This document shows, in pieces, positions 38,731 through 48,112 of a stretch of 64,000 nt of DNA. The stretch is taken from IMG/VR virus record IMGVR_UViG_3300045999_010033, positions 1 to 64,000 of that record. One strand, given 5' to 3'. Below the pieces are notes generated by a model that saw nothing but the letters and a program-made list of their open reading frames with translations, did no database searches and was not told where the DNA came from. The translations under genes and the position numbers were made by a program. Position 1 is the first letter of the stretch, and the number at the start of each line of letters is the position of its first letter.

Positions 38731-39147
38731 TTATGTTGTCTGTTTTTTGTGATTAGTAACTAACTCTATTCTCACCGTTCCATCGGGATTAAACCATCCA
38801 CGTATTTGATACCGATGTTTATCTGCGTCAGATGCAGATTGTAGGTATCCTTTCAAATGTGGTGCTTCGTTTACGTCTACACTATGACCAGAATTGAATG
38901 TAAGAACATTGGTTATACGCTTGAATGGAGGAAATACGGCGATTCCATTAGGGTGTTCTTCTTCTTTGGTTTCCAAACCTTCGAATCCAATAACCCGCAT
39001 ATGGCCCGCTGCTTTGAGGTCACCCAATGCGAATTGTAAATATTCAGGCGTAACTCCTTCACGTTTAGGTTTAATCTTCTTTAAACGTTCTCTCATACCT
39101 TTAACGTGCTCTCGTGTGTAGTAGTTTCTTTTTGCTGCAAATTTCAT
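38731..39147 (-). CDS. hypothetical protein
   Basis: Packed ORF. Confidence 0.55.
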   Translation of the reverse strand: MKFAAKRNYYTREHVKGMRERLKKIKPKREGVTPEYLQFALGDLKAAGHMRVIGFEGLETKEEEHPNGIAVFPPFKRITNVLTFNSGHSVDVNEAPHLKGYLQSASDADKHRYQIRGWFNPDGTVRIELVTNHKKQTT

Positions 39148-39327
39148 ATTTAATTATTTAGTCCATTCTTCAATACCAAATGTAATTGCATCTTCAACGG
39201 ATAGACTCGGAGTGTCTTTCATATACTTCAATGCGTATAAAACTACTTCCGCTTGGACGCCCCATTCTTTTGCTTGCGATAGAACTTCATTTACATACTC
39301 TAATTGCTCATCCATTTTATTTATGTT

Positions 39328-39633
39328 TTAATATGATTTTTTACCAAATATATTATCGAGTCGCGTTTTAAATAACTTATACGCGTTATCAATATTGAAC
39401 CACTCCGCGGATACATAGCTGCTATCTTCATACTTATACATGAATTTTCCCAAATCATCATCCCAGTGGTGTGGAGTTCGTTCTAAATGTAATTTCAGTA
39501 CGGAATCACAAGTTTGCATGGAAATGAAATCAAACGTATAGACATCGGGTGTAGTTGTAATCCGACACATACACGCACCAAAGTCTTTTGTAGTAAAGGC
39601 TTCGATATTTTTGATTGTAAGTCTATGTTTCAT
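39328..39633 (-). CDS. dispersed LTIxNxxK family member
   Basis: RLTIKNIEAF..YTFDF..LHLER. Confidence 0.65.
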   Translation of the reverse strand: MKHRLTIKNIEAFTTKDFGACMCRITTTPDVYTFDFISMQTCDSVLKLHLERTPHHWDDDLGKFMYKYEDSSYVSAEWFNIDNAYKLFKTRLDNIFGKKSY

Positions 39634-39815
39634 CGGCTATATATTGTAAATTCTATGAATAATACCCCAATCATCCATTTGTTTCTAAATTTTTCTATAC
39701 GAAGCAGTGCTCTGACATTCAAAGGCGTTTCAATGGAAAAGATGGAAAGTCCACCCCATTCACCTAACATAATTTCGAATAAGCTGAATCTCATATTAAT
39801 CTTACCATTTATTGT

Positions 39816-40160
39816 TTATATTTTTATTAAATCAAAAACTCTATCAATGACATCTTTTGATTCTTTCAATCCTAATCCGGTCGCATCTTTCAATTCTTTA
39901 ACCGCTTGTAGCTTATGGCCAGATTTAGCATACGACATAATGGTGGTTATGGTAGAACGACTGATAACATCGTACCCCACAAACGAATGAAAATCAAATG
40001 CGGATTTCAATATAGCATCATCACTATTCGGTAGATTATCTTTTGTATCTATCAAAGTTTTCAAAATCCAAATGATTGCCGAATTATGCCCAATCTCCTT
40101 ATCGTTTGTAGGATGGGTGTATAGTGCATTAATCAAAGTTTCTTTTGTTATTTGCGCCAT
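39816..40160 (-). CDS. protein with ribosomal L7/L12 C-terminal-like domain
   Basis: KLQAVKELKDATGLGLKESKDVID. Confidence 0.8.
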   Translation of the reverse strand: MAQITKETLINALYTHPTNDKEIGHNSAIIWILKTLIDTKDNLPNSDDAILKSAFDFHSFVGYDVISRSTITTIMSYAKSGHKLQAVKELKDATGLGLKESKDVIDRVFDLIKI

Positions 40161-40161
40161 A

Positions 40162-40530
40162 TTATATTGTTTTTACTATTTCAATGAGTTTTTTGAGACA
40201 CGCTAACTCTGCTTCTTCGTATGTGTAAAAATCATACTCTCCACCTTCGTTGGGAATGTGATACCTCCAAGCGTTTCCAAGTTCGGAGTAACAAGTAATG
40301 ATTGGACTTGCTTTATACTTCTCACGAAAGAATCTGAATGCTTGTTGGTATAGCGGTGCTTCGATGTAATCGATAGAATCCCCATGGATTCTTGAATCCA
40401 ATTTCCACTCACCGCTATATTCAAACAAGTTCCAAAACCCAAAATAATCATCTGCATCAAACCCAAGTTGTTTGAGTTCATATGCTAATTCGTAAGGAAC
40501 AAAGTCTTTCATTACTTTATAATTTTTCAA
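40162..40530 (-). CDS. phage hypothetical (ELKQLGFD..YEEAELACL family)
   Basis: Paralog of 46883..47278. Confidence 0.7.
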   Translation of the reverse strand: MKNYKVMKDFVPYELAYELKQLGFDADDYFGFWNLFEYSGEWKLDSRIHGDSIDYIEAPLYQQAFRFFREKYKASPIITCYSELGNAWRYHIPNEGGEYDFYTYEEAELACLKKLIEIVKTI

Positions 40531-40765
40531 TTTCTTGTTTTACTTCTTGCCAATACTCTATATCAATAACATACGATTTGTCGGCAACATAAGGAACGGC
40601 AATACGTTTATATTCTTTGAGAATTGTATTAACTACAACCAATCCTTTTCTTTTCAATTCGAACTTCATCCATGCTGGCGCGCCATCCCACTCCGATAAT
40701 GTTATAGTCGCAGATGCATTGTTCATCTGTGAAATGATATCAATAGCTTGTTCTTTTGGTGTCAT
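40517..40765 (-). CDS. MTPKE..YWQEVKQEI family protein
   Basis: Paralog of the adjacent 40762..41064. Confidence 0.7.
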   Translation of the reverse strand: MTPKEQAIDIISQMNNASATITLSEWDGAPAWMKFELKRKGLVVVNTILKEYKRIAVPYVADKSYVIDIEYWQEVKQEIEKL

Positions 40766-41064
40766 TGTTTTTCTATTTCAATTTTTACTTTTTGCCAAGC
40801 TAATAAAGATCCTGCAATAAGACCTTTAGCATGGGGGTGAAAATCTCCTGCTATTTCAAGTGATTCCTTCAAATCGTTTAATATCTCATCCACCGCTATT
40901 AATGCACACTCCTTAGCGTATTTGTTCTTTGGTACAGAATATAATTCCATAAGTTCAAGACTACCATTGAACTCCTCTCCCATTGACATTTTTTCAACCA
41001 GCTCTTTCGCTTTTTCTTTTGGTGTCATAATTTGTTTATTTTTACTCGTATGAATTTCTATCAA
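40762..41064 (-). CDS. MTPKE..WQKVKIEI family protein
   Basis: MTPKEKAKEL..CALIAVDEI..WQKVK. Confidence 0.7.
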   Translation of the reverse strand: MIEIHTSKNKQIMTPKEKAKELVEKMSMGEEFNGSLELMELYSVPKNKYAKECALIAVDEILNDLKESLEIAGDFHPHAKGLIAGSLLAWQKVKIEIEKQ

Positions 41065-42154
41065 TGTTTACAACAAACGGAAAACGAGGTATGCCGTCCG
41101 GCGTTAAATTGAAATACTTTACAGTTGCCTGCTTACCTATGAGCTGTTTTCGGTTCTTCAACATTTCGGCAGTTTCTTCCCACGTTCCCTTTACATTTGA
41201 TTTGAAGCGTTTACCATCTTCCGTTTGGAATACAAAGTACCCAGCAGTTCCTGCTCTATTACCTTCACCCTCACAAATATCAATGATTTGGTATTCTTCA
41301 TCAATAAATGATTTGTGCTTCAATAGGTTCTTACTACGTTTGTTTTCATACTTACCATCCAAACGTAGCATCTGTCCTTCATATCCGGCTTCCACATATT
41401 GACCATACATAGCCATCAGCACTTCTTCGGTTAAGCATACGGTAGTTTCAACTCTAACACAATGCTTTTCAAAGGCATTTTTGAAATCATCAAACAAATC
41501 AACCAAAGTAATAGAACGATTCACAAACACGTCATTTACACTTGGTACATCGTAAATCCAATACTGAATGTTCTTCTCACTTTCTTCTAAATCTTCTTCG
41601 GTTGGTTTGGTTTTCTTCACTAACGAAACAATCTTATTGAAATCGTTGGCGAACTTATCGGCATACAACTCACCATCCAATATCAAATCGGGTTTGTTCT
41701 GAAATAGTTTATCCAATGATTGGCGGATATGTGGTGCGGATATAATCTCTTTACCATTACGGCTGAACATTCCATCCTTTGTAACTATACAGCGAATACC
41801 GTCCAGCTTCGGTTGAGAGTAGATAGGGTATTCGACCTTATCTTTGTAGTCCTCCCATTTTGCGGCCAACATCGGTTCAAAGTATTGCTTCTTATTTATA
41901 TGTTTGATGTTCTCAAAGTAACCACGTTCCAATTTCAATTTACGTTTAGCTTCAGCTTCTTTGAGTGCCTGCTCGTTATCCGTAGTGGCGTTTGCTCGCC
42001 CTTCATTCTTACCATACACTTCTGTCCACTCACTAATTACTTTTTTACCATCGGTTTGGCCTGATATGGTACGATACCGATTCTTTACTACTTCAATAGT
42101 CCACTCCTGCACCTTACCGCCCTTCGTGGATTTGTAAATTGTTTCTAACTTCAT
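41042..42154 (-). CDS. lig: ATP-dependent DNA ligase
   Basis: EPMLA, QPKLDGIRC (motif I), LDGELY, EGQMLR, LLKHK, C-terminal OB fold (PRFP). Confidence 0.92.
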   Translation of the reverse strand: MKLETIYKSTKGGKVQEWTIEVVKNRYRTISGQTDGKKVISEWTEVYGKNEGRANATTDNEQALKEAEAKRKLKLERGYFENIKHINKKQYFEPMLAAKWEDYKDKVEYPIYSQPKLDGIRCIVTKDGMFSRNGKEIISAPHIRQSLDKLFQNKPDLILDGELYADKFANDFNKIVSLVKKTKPTEEDLEESEKNIQYWIYDVPSVNDVFVNRSITLVDLFDDFKNAFEKHCVRVETTVCLTEEVLMAMYGQYVEAGYEGQMLRLDGKYENKRSKNLLKHKSFIDEEYQIIDICEGEGNRAGTAGYFVFQTEDGKRFKSNVKGTWEETAEMLKNRKQLIGKQATVKYFNLTPDGIPRFPFVVNIDRNSYE

Positions 42155-42190
42155 ATGTGTCTGTATTATTATAGGCAGAATTATCCCAAA

Positions 42191-42265
42191 CTTTGTTACA
42201 CAAAGATACGTAAAGTTGCCGATATAACCAAATAATTTTGTAACCCATTGAAAATCAATGAGTTA
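42191..42265 (-). promoter_or_regulatory. P4: promoter + hairpin + IHF-consensus site
   Basis: TATCTTTG 42201-08, TTTG 20 nt upstream; CTTTGT-GTA-ACAAAG; AATCAATGAGTTA at 42253. Confidence 0.85.
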
Positions 42266-42313
42266 CACTAAAAAGTAAAGTTATACCTTGACTTTTTGGG
42301 TATAAAAGTAAAG

Positions 42314-42769
42314 TTATACCTTTACCAAATGATCTGCTGCGTATGTGGCTATCGGACCAAGAGACTTGAATCTGCAGCGATATCCCATACCTTCCACAAG
42401 TCCAACGGCTTGACGGAATACTTCATTGGATTTGAATTTGGGATCTGGGTTGATGTCAATATCAATGAATTTCACTTTGGGCAAACCGGCCACTTTCAAT
42501 TCTTCGGCAGCTTCAATCGCATACCAAACTTCATTCAACAATCGAATGGAACGTGTAGGTTCTTTATCAGCTTTCCATCTACGAAAAATGACATGAGCAC
42601 CTTTACCTGGCGTATGCATCGCAACTACGATAGCATAGATTGTTCGGTCGGTAAAGTTTTGTGAGTCGCATCCAATTAGAATATCCACATCGGTATGTTC
42701 TTTAAGGTATTCTTTCATATATGGAACTAACTCGAATTCGTCTTTCTGATAAAGTTTTTTGAATTTCAT
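42314..42769 (-). CDS. RNase H-like YkuK family protein
   Basis: ILIGCDSQ, YAIVV, RLLNEV, DIDINPD, KSN, ADHL. Confidence 0.82.
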   Translation of the reverse strand: MKFKKLYQKDEFELVPYMKEYLKEHTDVDILIGCDSQNFTDRTIYAIVVAMHTPGKGAHVIFRRWKADKEPTRSIRLLNEVWYAIEAAEELKVAGLPKVKFIDIDINPDPKFKSNEVFRQAVGLVEGMGYRCRFKSLGPIATYAADHLVKV

Positions 42770-42828
42770 ACAACACGTTTTTACATTGTTACAAAGTTTT
42801 AAATTTTACATAATACAAATACTAATAG

Positions 42829-42910
42829 TACCCCGAATCGGACTCGAACCGATACGCCTTTCGGCACCGCATCCTAAGTGCGGCGTGACTGCCAATTCCA
42901 CCACCAGGGC
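42829..42910 (-). tRNA. tRNA-Leu(TAG)
   Basis: CCGCA-CTTAGGA-TGCGG, long variable arm, A73. Confidence 0.92.
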
Positions 42911-42917
42911 AATTAAG

Positions 42918-43002
42918 CGGAGAGTGATGGTAACGATCCATCTTGAGTTTTACCCCAGCCTCGGTTTAGCAAACCGGCCCCTTACCTTTCGGGCAACTCT
43001 CC
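42918..43002 (-). tRNA. tRNA-Ser(GCT), atypical T-loop ATCGTTA
   Basis: CCGGT-TTGCTAA-ACCGA; GGAGAGT/ACTCTCC-G. Confidence 0.85.
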
Positions 43003-43006
43003 ATTG

Positions 43007-43087
43007 TACCTCGAATCGGACTCGAACCGATACGTCTTTCGACACTTGATTTTGAGTCAAGCATGTCTACCATTCCATCACCAAGGC
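43007..43087 (-). tRNA. tRNA-Leu(CAA)
   Basis: CTTGA-CTCAAAA-TCAAG. Confidence 0.92.
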
Positions 43088-43197
43088 GAATCCTGCTCTT
43101 TTATCTACAACTTAATGTAGTCGAACATCCAACACTATAACATACGTTTTATAGTTGCTACCATTGGAGGCAGGCAGAATTGAATCTATGTTCACTG

Positions 43198-43357
43198 CTG
43201 ACAGGGTTGGATTCGAACCAACAAACCGAGATTCAGTAACGAGCACATAGTGCTGCAGCATTGTGGTCAACCCATACTCATTACCTATTTCTATATCGGC
43301 GACTGCGAGACGAGCAGCTGTGTTTGCCAAGATATTACATCGTTTCACCACCTGTCA
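43198..43357 (-). ncRNA. 160-nt expanded tRNA-like RNA
   Basis: TGACAGG/CCTGTCA-G; enlarged D loop; GCTGC-TCGTCTC-GCAGT arm; ~75-nt branched arm; GTTGG-TTCGAAT-CCAAC. Confidence 0.8.
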
Positions 43358-43364
43358 ATCTATG

Positions 43365-43447
43365 CGGAGAGGAAGGGAATCGAACCCCCAAGGCTTTTAC
43401 ACCCGACTGTTTTCAAGACAGCGTCCTCGTCCATTCGGACCCTCTCC
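43365..43447 (-). tRNA. tRNA-Ser(TGA)
   Basis: GCTGT-CTTGAAA-ACAGT. Confidence 0.92.
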
Positions 43448-43455
43448 ATTATAAG

Positions 43456-43528
43456 AGCGGAAGGCCGGGTACGATCCGGCAACCTCAGCCTTGGCAAGGC
43501 TGCGCTCTACCAATTGAGCTACTTCCGC
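43456..43528 (-). tRNA. tRNA-Gly(GCC), T-loop ATCGTAC
   Basis: CAGCC-TTGCCAA-GGCTG, U73. Confidence 0.9.
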
Positions 43529-43741
43529 AGTTTCCCCACCTTGAGATTACAGATGAGTAGTTATTTCGGTTTTCTATTTCTTAAAACCCGCGAGGCATCC
43601 CTCATTAAAACAGCCAACACTACTGGGAGAGATTGTGTCAGTCTCTTTATCCCACGATGTCTCACTCTAGCCGCAGACATTCTGCTAACCTATTGTTAAA
43701 TGAGTCTTAGGTCAAAGACTACTGAGTATCTCTTACTCATT
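43529..43741 (-). ncRNA. candidate ~210-nt structured RNA
   Basis: Serial hairpins (TGAGTA/TACTCA, AGTCTT/AAGACT, ATGTCT/AGACAT, TGGGA/TCCCA, GGTTTT/AAAACC) between two tRNAs. Confidence 0.55.
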
Positions 43742-43742
43742 G

Positions 43743-43814
43743 AGCGAGAAGTCGGAATCGAACCGACATATCCAGCTTGGAAGGCTGGAGTAATAACCGT
43801 TATACTATTCTCGC
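43743..43814 (-). tRNA. tRNA-Gly(TCC)
   Basis: CCAGC-CTTCCAA-GCTGG. Confidence 0.9.
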
Positions 43815-43820
43815 AGTTAG

Positions 43821-43894
43821 TGGAGATGGAGGGATTCGAACCCCCGACTTTTAGAATGCAAATCTAACGCTCTAGCCAACTGAGCTACATCCCC
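43821..43894 (-). tRNA. tRNA-Ala(TGC)
   Basis: TTAGA-TTTGCAT-TCTAA; G3-U70. Confidence 0.92.
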
Positions 43895-43933
43895 ATTGAT
43901 TATCGTTCTATGGACGTTTTTAATTTTTAATTA

Positions 43934-44404
43934 TTATAATACTTTTTCTGATTTTAGTTTTGTTTCAAATTTGTCAAATCGGGAATCAATATAAGAACGA
44001 TTTTCATCAATTCTTTTATGAATTTCCGGCTCAACCTGATCATGAACATTTTTCTGAAATTCATCAATACGTTTATGGATTTCACCCGAAACTGAATCAA
44101 TATCGCGATGTACATCAGGTAGTATGTGTTCATACACATCCCTTTTAAATTCATTGAGTTCTCTATTTGTATTTTCAAACATTGAATGCGTGTTTGAATA
44201 CACATCATCGAATCTCTTAACGTGCTTACTTACCATTATATTTGCCCTCACGATGCCGATAACCATACCAATTAGTATGACTGTAGCTATCCCAAGAACA
44301 TAGGCAATATACATTTGTTCCATAGTTTGTTTTCTCCTATATGTCAAAGAACGATAATCGTGCCCCAGGCGGGGGTCGAACCCGCACTCGCTTTCAGCGA
44401 ACAA
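43934..44404 (-). CDS. membrane-anchored coiled-coil protein (true start likely MEQMYIAY, ~44322)
   Basis: TM plus HKRIDE repeats; annotated start lies inside the tRNA-Leu. Confidence 0.65.
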   Translation of the reverse strand: MFAESECGFDPRLGHDYRSLTYRRKQTMEQMYIAYVLGIATVILIGMVIGIVRANIMVSKHVKRFDDVYSNTHSMFENTNRELNEFKRDVYEHILPDVHRDIDSVSGEIHKRIDEFQKNVHDQVEPEIHKRIDENRSYIDSRFDKFETKLKSEKVL

Positions 44405-44471
44405 GATTAACGCCGCGACGTGTTGAAGCTTGCGTTAAGTCTTGCATGTCTACCTATTCCATCACCAGGGC
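44361..44471 (-). tRNA. tRNA-Leu(TAA) with 26-nt anticodon-loop insertion (44409-44434)
   Basis: CAAGA-CT-TAA-[CGCAAGCTTCAACACGTCGCGGCGTT]-AA-TCTTG; Leu-type body. Confidence 0.85.
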
Positions 44472-44526
44472 CCATACCTACCTTAATAGGTATGTTTGTC
44501 TATAATGTAAATATAGTAAAAGTTTT

Positions 44527-45594
44527 TTAATTATCCAAATCTTTCCGAAAAGGTTTTGCGTATTTAGGGCGAATACATTTCCATATAATAGAATCGTAAT
44601 CCCTCCCATCTAACATAGAAAATAATATTGATGCATGATTATAACGGATTGCTTTGATTGCAAACTCTTTTCTGCTCAAATTTTCACTACGAATGATTGA
44701 GAATATTTCCAAATAATCACGTTTAATATTTTCAAATCTAACTACCAAGTCTTTTACGGTATCCTTTACCCACGTATCAAATTCGTCCGGCACTCTTTCC
44801 AATAACTCATTCAAATCACCACCGGTCCGCAACAATTCCCAGATATCTACATTCGAAACATTGGTGATTATCTTATGAAGTCTTACATACTCTTCACCTT
44901 TGATTTTCATTCTCTTCCCACCTTTGAAACGTATTACATAACCTTCGGCATCATTTGAAATCATATCCTTCAACTTAGTGAAGTCAGTAACACCATTGTA
45001 CTTTCTAACAACTCTTACATCGGTAAAAAGTGCTACTGATTTAGTCAAAGTTTCAAATTCAATTTCGTCCAAAGTATCTCTATCATATGCACCCAACAAT
45101 ACCAAACCCTCAAATGGGTAGCGGCAGACTATCCGATTCTCATCATATATGATTTCAAAAAGGTAAGTCCAATTTTTTCTCAATCCAGTTGTAGGATAGT
45201 TTTTCAATATAGATAATCCCTTCAACATTTCAGTTGCCTTAACGGCTTGCTCTGAAACGAATGAACCTCTCGTTGCTACTATCCAATCTCCGTTATAGTA
45301 AAATGCAATTCCTAAAGAACCGTCCATCTTTTCAAAGACTTCAAATGATTCGTTTGGAATTTCACTATTGGATAATTCTTCCATATTGAAAAATTTTGGA
45401 AATGGTTTGGCTACCACAGTGCCTTCATTATCCAAAACCAATCCACGGCAATCCAATGTAACTGCATCCCACAATCGGTCGTATTGGCACGTTCTGCTGT
45501 AATTGTAGATTGATAAAGGTAACGTTGGATGGTCTTGCTTAACTATCAATCCTCGTCCGATATAATCGTTCAATATGTTTAATGGATATTTCAT
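44527..45594 (-). CDS. T4 Rnl1 (RnlA)-family RNA ligase
   Basis: YNY, CRGLVL, PFPKFFN, FEKMDGSLGI, FEII, EGYVI, KIKGEEY. Confidence 0.9.
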   Translation of the reverse strand: MKYPLNILNDYIGRGLIVKQDHPTLPLSIYNYSRTCQYDRLWDAVTLDCRGLVLDNEGTVVAKPFPKFFNMEELSNSEIPNESFEVFEKMDGSLGIAFYYNGDWIVATRGSFVSEQAVKATEMLKGLSILKNYPTTGLRKNWTYLFEIIYDENRIVCRYPFEGLVLLGAYDRDTLDEIEFETLTKSVALFTDVRVVRKYNGVTDFTKLKDMISNDAEGYVIRFKGGKRMKIKGEEYVRLHKIITNVSNVDIWELLRTGGDLNELLERVPDEFDTWVKDTVKDLVVRFENIKRDYLEIFSIIRSENLSRKEFAIKAIRYNHASILFSMLDGRDYDSIIWKCIRPKYAKPFRKDLDN

Positions 45595-45995
45595 AATTTT
45601 ACACTAAAACGTTTCCGCATTTTTTCCAAAGTCTCATCCGGTACACCATGTACGGATTTATTACCATGTCTATTTTCTACAATCAATGATACAACGGTGT
45701 ATCCATAGCTCTTTGCTAACTTCAAATATGGTTCAAGTTCCCTTTCGGTAGTTGCCGTATTGGATACTACAATCTCTTGTCCATACTGAGTCGTTTCACT
45801 CATTTGCATCAATTCCTCAACACGCTTTTGACAATCCAAATGGGCTTCATGCAATTTCGAAGCGTCAAAATTGTAGTTACCGTTTGAATCGTAAAAGTAT
45901 TGGTCTGCCTCAAACACATTATTTGAAAACATATATTTAGCAAATGAGCTTTTACCACTACCGGGTAAACCACGTAATATGATTAATGTTTTCAT
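45591..45995 (-). CDS. P-loop polynucleotide kinase-like protein
   Basis: LRGLPGSGKS, EAD, VSNT, HGVP. Confidence 0.85.
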   Translation of the reverse strand: MKTLIILRGLPGSGKSSFAKYMFSNNVFEADQYFYDSNGNYNFDASKLHEAHLDCQKRVEELMQMSETTQYGQEIVVSNTATTERELEPYLKLAKSYGYTVVSLIVENRHGNKSVHGVPDETLEKMRKRFSVKL

Positions 45996-46009
45996 ATGCT
46001 CTTTTTATA

Positions 46010-46348
46010 TTATTGTATAGATAAAAGATAAGTTTTTAATTTTTTCAAAACAACTTCGATGTTAAATGCTATTCGATATGGTCGTTTTAAACGGTGTTCA
46101 TCTATATTAATGTAAGTCACACGATGCCATCCCATAGCAAATAGCTGATATGTTCCATCGGAAAGGGGAGTTTTATATAAGATAACTTCCACAATCGGTC
46201 CGAAGGAGTTATTCTGTGCGTATGGTATATTTCTAAACCTAAATGCATAGCTAGGTCTACCTGCTACAAGCACTTCACCTACACTTTCTATTACGTGCCC
46301 ATCGCACTCCATTCCAACTGCCCTATCAATATTTTTTATGATTAACAT
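46010..46348 (-). CDS. dispersed LTIxNxxK-like protein
   Basis: MLIIKNIDRA..YAFRF; close paralog of the next gene. Confidence 0.7.
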   Translation of the reverse strand: MLIIKNIDRAVGMECDGHVIESVGEVLVAGRPSYAFRFRNIPYAQNNSFGPIVEVILYKTPLSDGTYQLFAMGWHRVTYINIDEHRLKRPYRIAFNIEVVLKKLKTYLLSIQ

Positions 46349-46357
46349 TTGTGAAAT

Positions 46358-46687
46358 TTATTTGTGTGATTCAATCCAATGTTGTAACTTCTTCAATACA
46401 GTTTTAATTCTACCAGCCAAACAATGGGCATGACGTATGTCGGATTCATCAACGTAAATAAACGTTACTTTCTGCCATCCCATAGCAAATAGTTGATACT
46501 TTCCATCAGAATTAGGAACTCTCTCCAATACAACTTCAACGATTGGACCACGAAGGCTACTCTGAACCCAAGGTATATCAAATTTAAATGTGTATCTAGT
46601 TTTGGATGCGTTTTGTCCAGCATCCATTACATCAATCCCATTACAAAACATTCCGATAATCCTATCAATATTTTTTATAACTAGCAT
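46358..46687 (-). CDS. dispersed LTIxNxxK-like protein
   Basis: MLVIKNIDRI..YTFKF; shared GPIVEV..YQLFAMGW. Confidence 0.7.
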   Translation of the reverse strand: MLVIKNIDRIIGMFCNGIDVMDAGQNASKTRYTFKFDIPWVQSSLRGPIVEVVLERVPNSDGKYQLFAMGWQKVTFIYVDESDIRHAHCLAGRIKTVLKKLQHWIESHK

Positions 46688-46703
46688 TTTTGCAATTTAT
46701 TTA

Positions 46704-46886
46704 TCAGATGTACTTACTAATATCTTCTTTCTCAATCTCCACTATCGAGTCATCAAGGATTTCTTTGTTATCGTGTCCGACTACAATGGCGGTATAGAAC
46801 TTGCCATCCAGTTCATAGACTTGATAAGCTGAGTCTTTTACCCATTCCCCTTCTCCAATTAAGGTTGCTTTATCTAGGTTTATCAT
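46704..46886 (-). CDS. hypothetical protein
   Basis: Packed ORF. Confidence 0.5.
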   Translation of the reverse strand: MINLDKATLIGEGEWVKDSAYQVYELDGKFYTAIVVGHDNKEILDDSIVEIEKEDISKYI

Positions 46887-47278
46887 TGTTTTTGTTTTAC
46901 TATTTCAATGAGTTTACGGAGACAAGCAAGTTCTGCTTCTTCTTGTCCATCAAAACTCCCAACCCAAATAGATTCATCTTTATTTTCATCTTGAATCCAT
47001 ATTTCGTACACCTTAGAAAAGGTATCAGGCATTTCAATTACTACTGATTTTCTATACCTAACAAAACTAATAAATAGCCCATAGTTCTTACGAAAGAATC
47101 TGAATGACTGTGAAAATGTTGGACTGAGAGTTATACCATCGCCTTGTCTATCAAAAGACTTTGAATAAAACTTTTTGTTTAGGAAATGTGCAAAACACGG
47201 TTCATCAAACCCAAGTTGCTTCAACTCAAACGCATCTTTGAATGGGATAAAATCTTTCATTGTTTTTGTTTTAGTCAA
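46883..47278 (-). CDS. phage hypothetical (ELKQLGFD..EEAELACL family)
   Basis: Paralog of 40162..40530. Confidence 0.7.
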   Translation of the reverse strand: MTKTKTMKDFIPFKDAFELKQLGFDEPCFAHFLNKKFYSKSFDRQGDGITLSPTFSQSFRFFRKNYGLFISFVRYRKSVVIEMPDTFSKVYEIWIQDENKDESIWVGSFDGQEEAELACLRKLIEIVKQKQ

Positions 47279-47449
47279 TTAAATTTAAAATCGCTACATA
47301 AAGAGCGTAAACGATAACACATAAAACTAAAATCACAATAATCATCATCGTTTCATACGGATATGTTTTTTCACTAATAAGCAATAACCCAAACACTAAT
47401 AATACCAAAAATGTGTAAAATGCTGCTTTAAGTTTCTTTTTCATAACTT

Positions 47450-48112
47450 TTATTTATATTTTTCTACTGATTCATGATGGTCGAAACTCATTAGGCTTTT
47501 GATTGGTTGCCTTCTCATACGGGTAGCAATTTCACTTACCGAAATCGGCCTCAAACCATTACCGTCCACACCAACATCCATCATTTTACCTGGTCCAATT
47601 CTACTAGCCATAGGTAAATGAACGTGTCCATGCAAATGAATTGCACCATTGGCCATTTGGTCCCAACTGGCAATAGGAAAGTGCATCAGTACAAACAATT
47701 CACTACTAACAAGCGGAGTACCCACATTCCGTTTTACAGTTAAATGTAAGTATTTGTTTACGGAACTGAAATGTGATTGACATCCTTCTTTGTTTCTCTC
47801 AATATGATGGTCGTGGTTTCCGGTGATGATGTGAATGTTCTTACATACGATACGATTACGGAAGGCTTCGATTTGCTCAAACCCACCAAAACTCCAATCG
47901 CCCAAATGAAAAAGAATATCATCTTGTCCGACTTCGGCGTTGATGTTATTCACCAATGTATCGTTCATTTCATCCAATGATTTGAAATCTCTACACGTCA
48001 CCGGGTCTTTCCATTGTGTTGTAGTGGAACAGATGTTGGCGTGATTGTAGTGTGTATCAGATGTGAACCACAATTGTTGACCTTTATTTAAACTTATTTT
48101 CATTTGTTTCAT
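47450..48112 (-). CDS. calcineurin-like phosphoesterase
   Basis: TSDTHYNH, HLGD, GNHD, MHFP, HGHVH. Confidence 0.9.
   Translation of the reverse strand: MKQMKISLNKGQQLWFTSDTHYNHANICSTTTQWKDPVTCRDFKSLDEMNDTLVNNINAEVGQDDILFHLGDWSFGGFEQIEAFRNRIVCKNIHIITGNHDHHIERNKEGCQSHFSSVNKYLHLTVKRNVGTPLVSSELFVLMHFPIASWDQMANGAIHLHGHVHLPMASRIGPGKMMDVGVDGNGLRPISVSEIATRMRRQPIKSLMSFDHHESVEKYK

Noticed and set aside
43112-43351. 79-aa minus-strand ORF
   Set aside because: Overlaps the 160-nt tRNA-like RNA; composition not protein-like
44409-44434. Group I intron or BHB-type intron in tRNA-Leu
   Set aside because: 26 nt is far too short for group I, and no bulge-helix-bulge geometry is present
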